A stretch of 63,647 bases of DNA, the filler included, from Klebsormidium nitens (taxonomy: Eukaryota; Plantae; Klebsormidiophyceae): assembly GCA_000708835.1 (NCBI GenBank). It is 10 parts of 10 records of this genome, joined end to end, with 100 filler letters (N's around TTAATTAATTAA, not from the genome) between each part and the next. Parts side by side here need not be neighbours in the genome. Positions count along the whole stretch, not along the records: positions 61,023 to 63,647 come from DF238016.1; 9 more parts are not named here. One strand, 5' to 3'. Positions 61,023-63,647 of this stretch are shown here, piece by piece. Under the pieces are notes generated by a model, which had not been told where the DNA came from, searched no databases, and saw only the letters and a list, made by a program, of their open reading frames with translations. The translations under genes and the position numbers were made by a program. Numbering within the stretch: position 1 is the stretch's first letter; every line of letters starts with the position of its first letter.

Positions 61023-63647
61023 GTTTCATCTAAGTTTGCGAGGCAAACTGGAATCTCTGTTGACCCAACTCCTCGTCAAATTCGGTTAGGCTCTAACGAG
61101 GTTGTAACCACTGATGGCGAGGCAAACGTGTATCTGAAGTTGGGCACTTTCCAGTCTGCTGTTCGCTGCTCTGTTATGCCGTTGCTCCACGAGGTTGATG
61201 TGATTCTGGGTCAGAAATTTATGACTGGCCATAAGTGCATTCTGGATTTTGAGCGTTCTGTGGTACTGGTTAAGAAGGGTCGACGGCGGGTTACCGTAGC
61301 TAGAGCTCCTCTGCACAGGGAGGTCAGACCTGAGGTTAGTGATACGCCACTAACTGTGCTCAGTGCTACGCAGATGAAGCGCGCGTACAGGAAGGGCCTG
61401 AGCGTGTTCCTCGCTGTCATCAAACCCATCGAAGAACCTGAAGTACTGGCTGCTGCTGTTTCTGGTCAACCTGGTCAACCGCCCCCTCGGAGAACGTTCG
61501 ACAGTTTCGACATCTGTACCCCTTCCGGTAAGGAATCTTGGGTTGCTGGAATGGTCTCGGAGTATTCTGATGTGTTCAAGGATCCTCTGCCGATAGGGCT
61601 TCCGCCTAATCGAAAGGAAGGTCATTCCATTCCTACGGAACCTGGACATCCTCCTCCATTTAGACCAATGTATCGATTGTCTCCTCTGGAATATGAGGAA
61701 CTCAAAAAGCAAGTCACGGCATTTCTGTAAGCGGGAATTTTGGAACCGTCTAAATCTCCGTATGGCTCTCATGTTCTCTTCGTACCAAAGCCTAACGGCA
61801 GAGGGTTACGACTCTGTGTAGATTACAGGGCTCTGAACGCTATCACGGTTAAGAATCGGTACCCAATTCCGCGCATCGATGACTTGCTAGATGCTGTTTC
61901 TGGGTCAAACTTCTTTACAAGCCTTGATCTGACTTCTGGATACCATCAGGTATTAATTTCTGAAGAAGATCGTCCTAAGACTGCTTTCCGCACTCCAATG
62001 GGACATTTTCAATTCAAGGTTCTGATTGAGGGTTTGACTAACGCGCCAGCTACGTTTCACTCTGTATGAATTCGGTTCTGCATCCTTTTCTGAGGCGTTT
62101 TGTCGTTGCCTATCTAGACGACATTCTGATTTATTCTAAGACCGCTGAAGAACACAAACTTCATGTTCGACAGGTCCTAGATATTCTGAGACAAAACCGC
62201 TTTTACGTCTGCCAGTCAAAGTCAAACTTTGCCTCTGAAGAGACTAAGTTCTTAGGACACATCTTGAATTCCAAGGGAATCCGTCCTGATCCTAAGAAAG
62301 TCGCTGCTGTTGTTGACTGGCCGGAACTGCTAAACGTTCATGACGTACGCCCATTTCTGGGTTTGGTTAACTACTTCCGGAAGTTTATTAAGGACTTCGC
62401 TTCGCTGGCTGAACCACTGACCAATCTGACTCGGGCTAAAAACCCGTGGGCTTGGACTGACCGCTGTCGACAGTCTTTTCTTGCACTGAAAAACTGTCTG
62501 ACAAAAGCGCCACTCCTCCGAACGCCCAATGAGAAACTTCCGTATGAGGTAGTCACTGACGCGTCTGCTGTTGGTCTGGGTGCGGTGCTGCTGCAAGAAG
62601 GTCAACATGTTGCCTTCGAATCCAAAAAACTTAACGACGCAAAGAAGAATTACCACACAACTGAAAGCGAAATCCTTGCTGTGGTTCACGCTCTGAAGAC
62701 GTGGCGACGTTATTTGGAGGGTGCTACGTTCACGGTAGTCGCTGACCATGTCTCCAATACATTCTTTCAGACTCAGCCGACTCTGTCGAGACGTCAAGCA
62801 AGGTGGTCTGAGTTCCTTCAGCGCTTCGGTACGATTAACTGGGTATTCAGGGCCGCGAAGAACAACGTCGCGGATCCTCTCAGCAGGTATCCACTCGACA
62901 CTCTGGTCGTTCAGTCTTCCACTGAACCCGGGACAAATCTCGGAAGGAAGGCAGATACGCTCTGTGATCCCTTTTCAGGGACTCCTGCTATGCTCACGGT
63001 AGCTGTGACAAGAAGGGGAACTACGCCTAGCGGGGAACAGTCTGGCCGGGCTGCCCCTGCGACGAGCAACACCTTGGACAATTCTGATTTGACATCTCCG
63101 AACTCTTAGGGAATGCAATCCTTCGGGAAAGCCAGTCGCTGCGAGAATCTGTACTGCGAGATGTAAACAGTGCAGAGAATCGTCTACTGAGTGTCAACTC
63201 TCGAGGTTTTGTTAAATGAGAGGGTCTTGTATAGTGGTTCCGGATAATTAACCCCGACCTTCGGTCTCTGATTCCGCAGGAGTGTCACGACACCCCTTAC
63301 TCCGGGCACTATGGGACAGGCAAAACCTTGCGGGCAGTGGGTAAACTGTTCCGGTGGCCATCTTTGTCGGCGGATGTTGCCTCGTTTGTTCTGAGTTGTA
63401 CCACGTGTCAGCGCAATAAGCATCGTCGTCACCGACCTTATGGGCTGATGCACCGCTAGAGTTACCTGACGGGCCCTTTGATTCGATCAGTTATGATTTT
63501 ATCACTAAGCTGCCGTTAACTCCTCGGGGTAATGACACCATCTGTGTTTTTGTTGACAGGTTCTCGAAGATGGCGATCTTCGTGCCCTGTACAGAAACCA
63601 TTACAGCAAAGGGCTTTGCCAAGCTGTACGTGGATCACGTCCAGGCT
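61023..63647 (+). pseudogene. Degenerate Ty3/gypsy pol (protease end, RT, RNase H, integrase HHCC and start of core)
   Basis: DVILGQKF, LCVDYRALN, LDLTSGYHQ, YLDDILIY, TDASAVGLGAVL, CHDTPYSGHYG..CTTCQ, ISYDFITKLP..VDRFSK; interrupted by stops (e.g. TAA 61728) and frameshifts. Confidence 0.95.

Noticed and set aside
61728-61730. Stop-codon readthrough in gypsy pol
   Set aside because: The element has several other stops and frameshifts; this is ordinary decay.
1-63647. Apparent clustering of LINE, KDZ, viral genes, copia and gypsy as one mobile island
   Set aside because: The pieces are separate contigs concatenated with spacers, so adjacency carries no information.

Overview
This window is not one locus. 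It is ten short contigs/scaffolds joined by artificial 100-nt spacers (N44-TTAATTAATTAA-N44), so order and linkage across spacers mean nothing. The host genes (GT-AG introns, plant-type MAP4K, ETFB, STMP1, UPF0426, 5'-nucleotidase) point to a green-plant-lineage eukaryote, probably a streptophyte alga such as Klebsormidium (inference). Contents: (1) 1-11960, a very large non-LTR retrotransposon (APE-RT-RNase H; Dualen/RandI-like is my guess); (2) 12061-20704, a KDZ-family transposase gene with a chromodomain, facing a DUF3987-like ATPase gene; (3) 20805-27026 and (4) 27127-32091, intronless giant-virus-like gene blocks (D5 primase-helicase, tyrosine recombinase, glycosyltransferase, HNH endonuclease, macro/PARG-like); (5-7) 32192-54977, ordinary host genes; (8) 55078-58755, a second KDZ-associated gene with genes nested in its intron; (9) 58856-60922, a copia remnant plus an array of putative Pol III small-RNA genes; (10) 61023-63647, degenerate Ty3/gypsy pol. 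The strongest candidate for an undescribed system is the LINE. Its roughly 11.9 kb appears to be one reading frame (two homopolymer indels apart) whose ORF1 part contains phase-0, 3n-length, stop-free spliceosomal introns plus a final frame-breaking intron. Spliced RNA would give only a ~515-aa ORF1 protein. Unspliced RNA would give a giant polyprotein from which a 2A-like peptide (GDIHPNPGP) could release APE-RT-RNase H. The second candidate is a minus-strand array of TATA-hairpin-TTTTGC units plus a ~250-nt RNA ending in a tRNA-like domain. All calls are by eye; no searches or folding programs were run.
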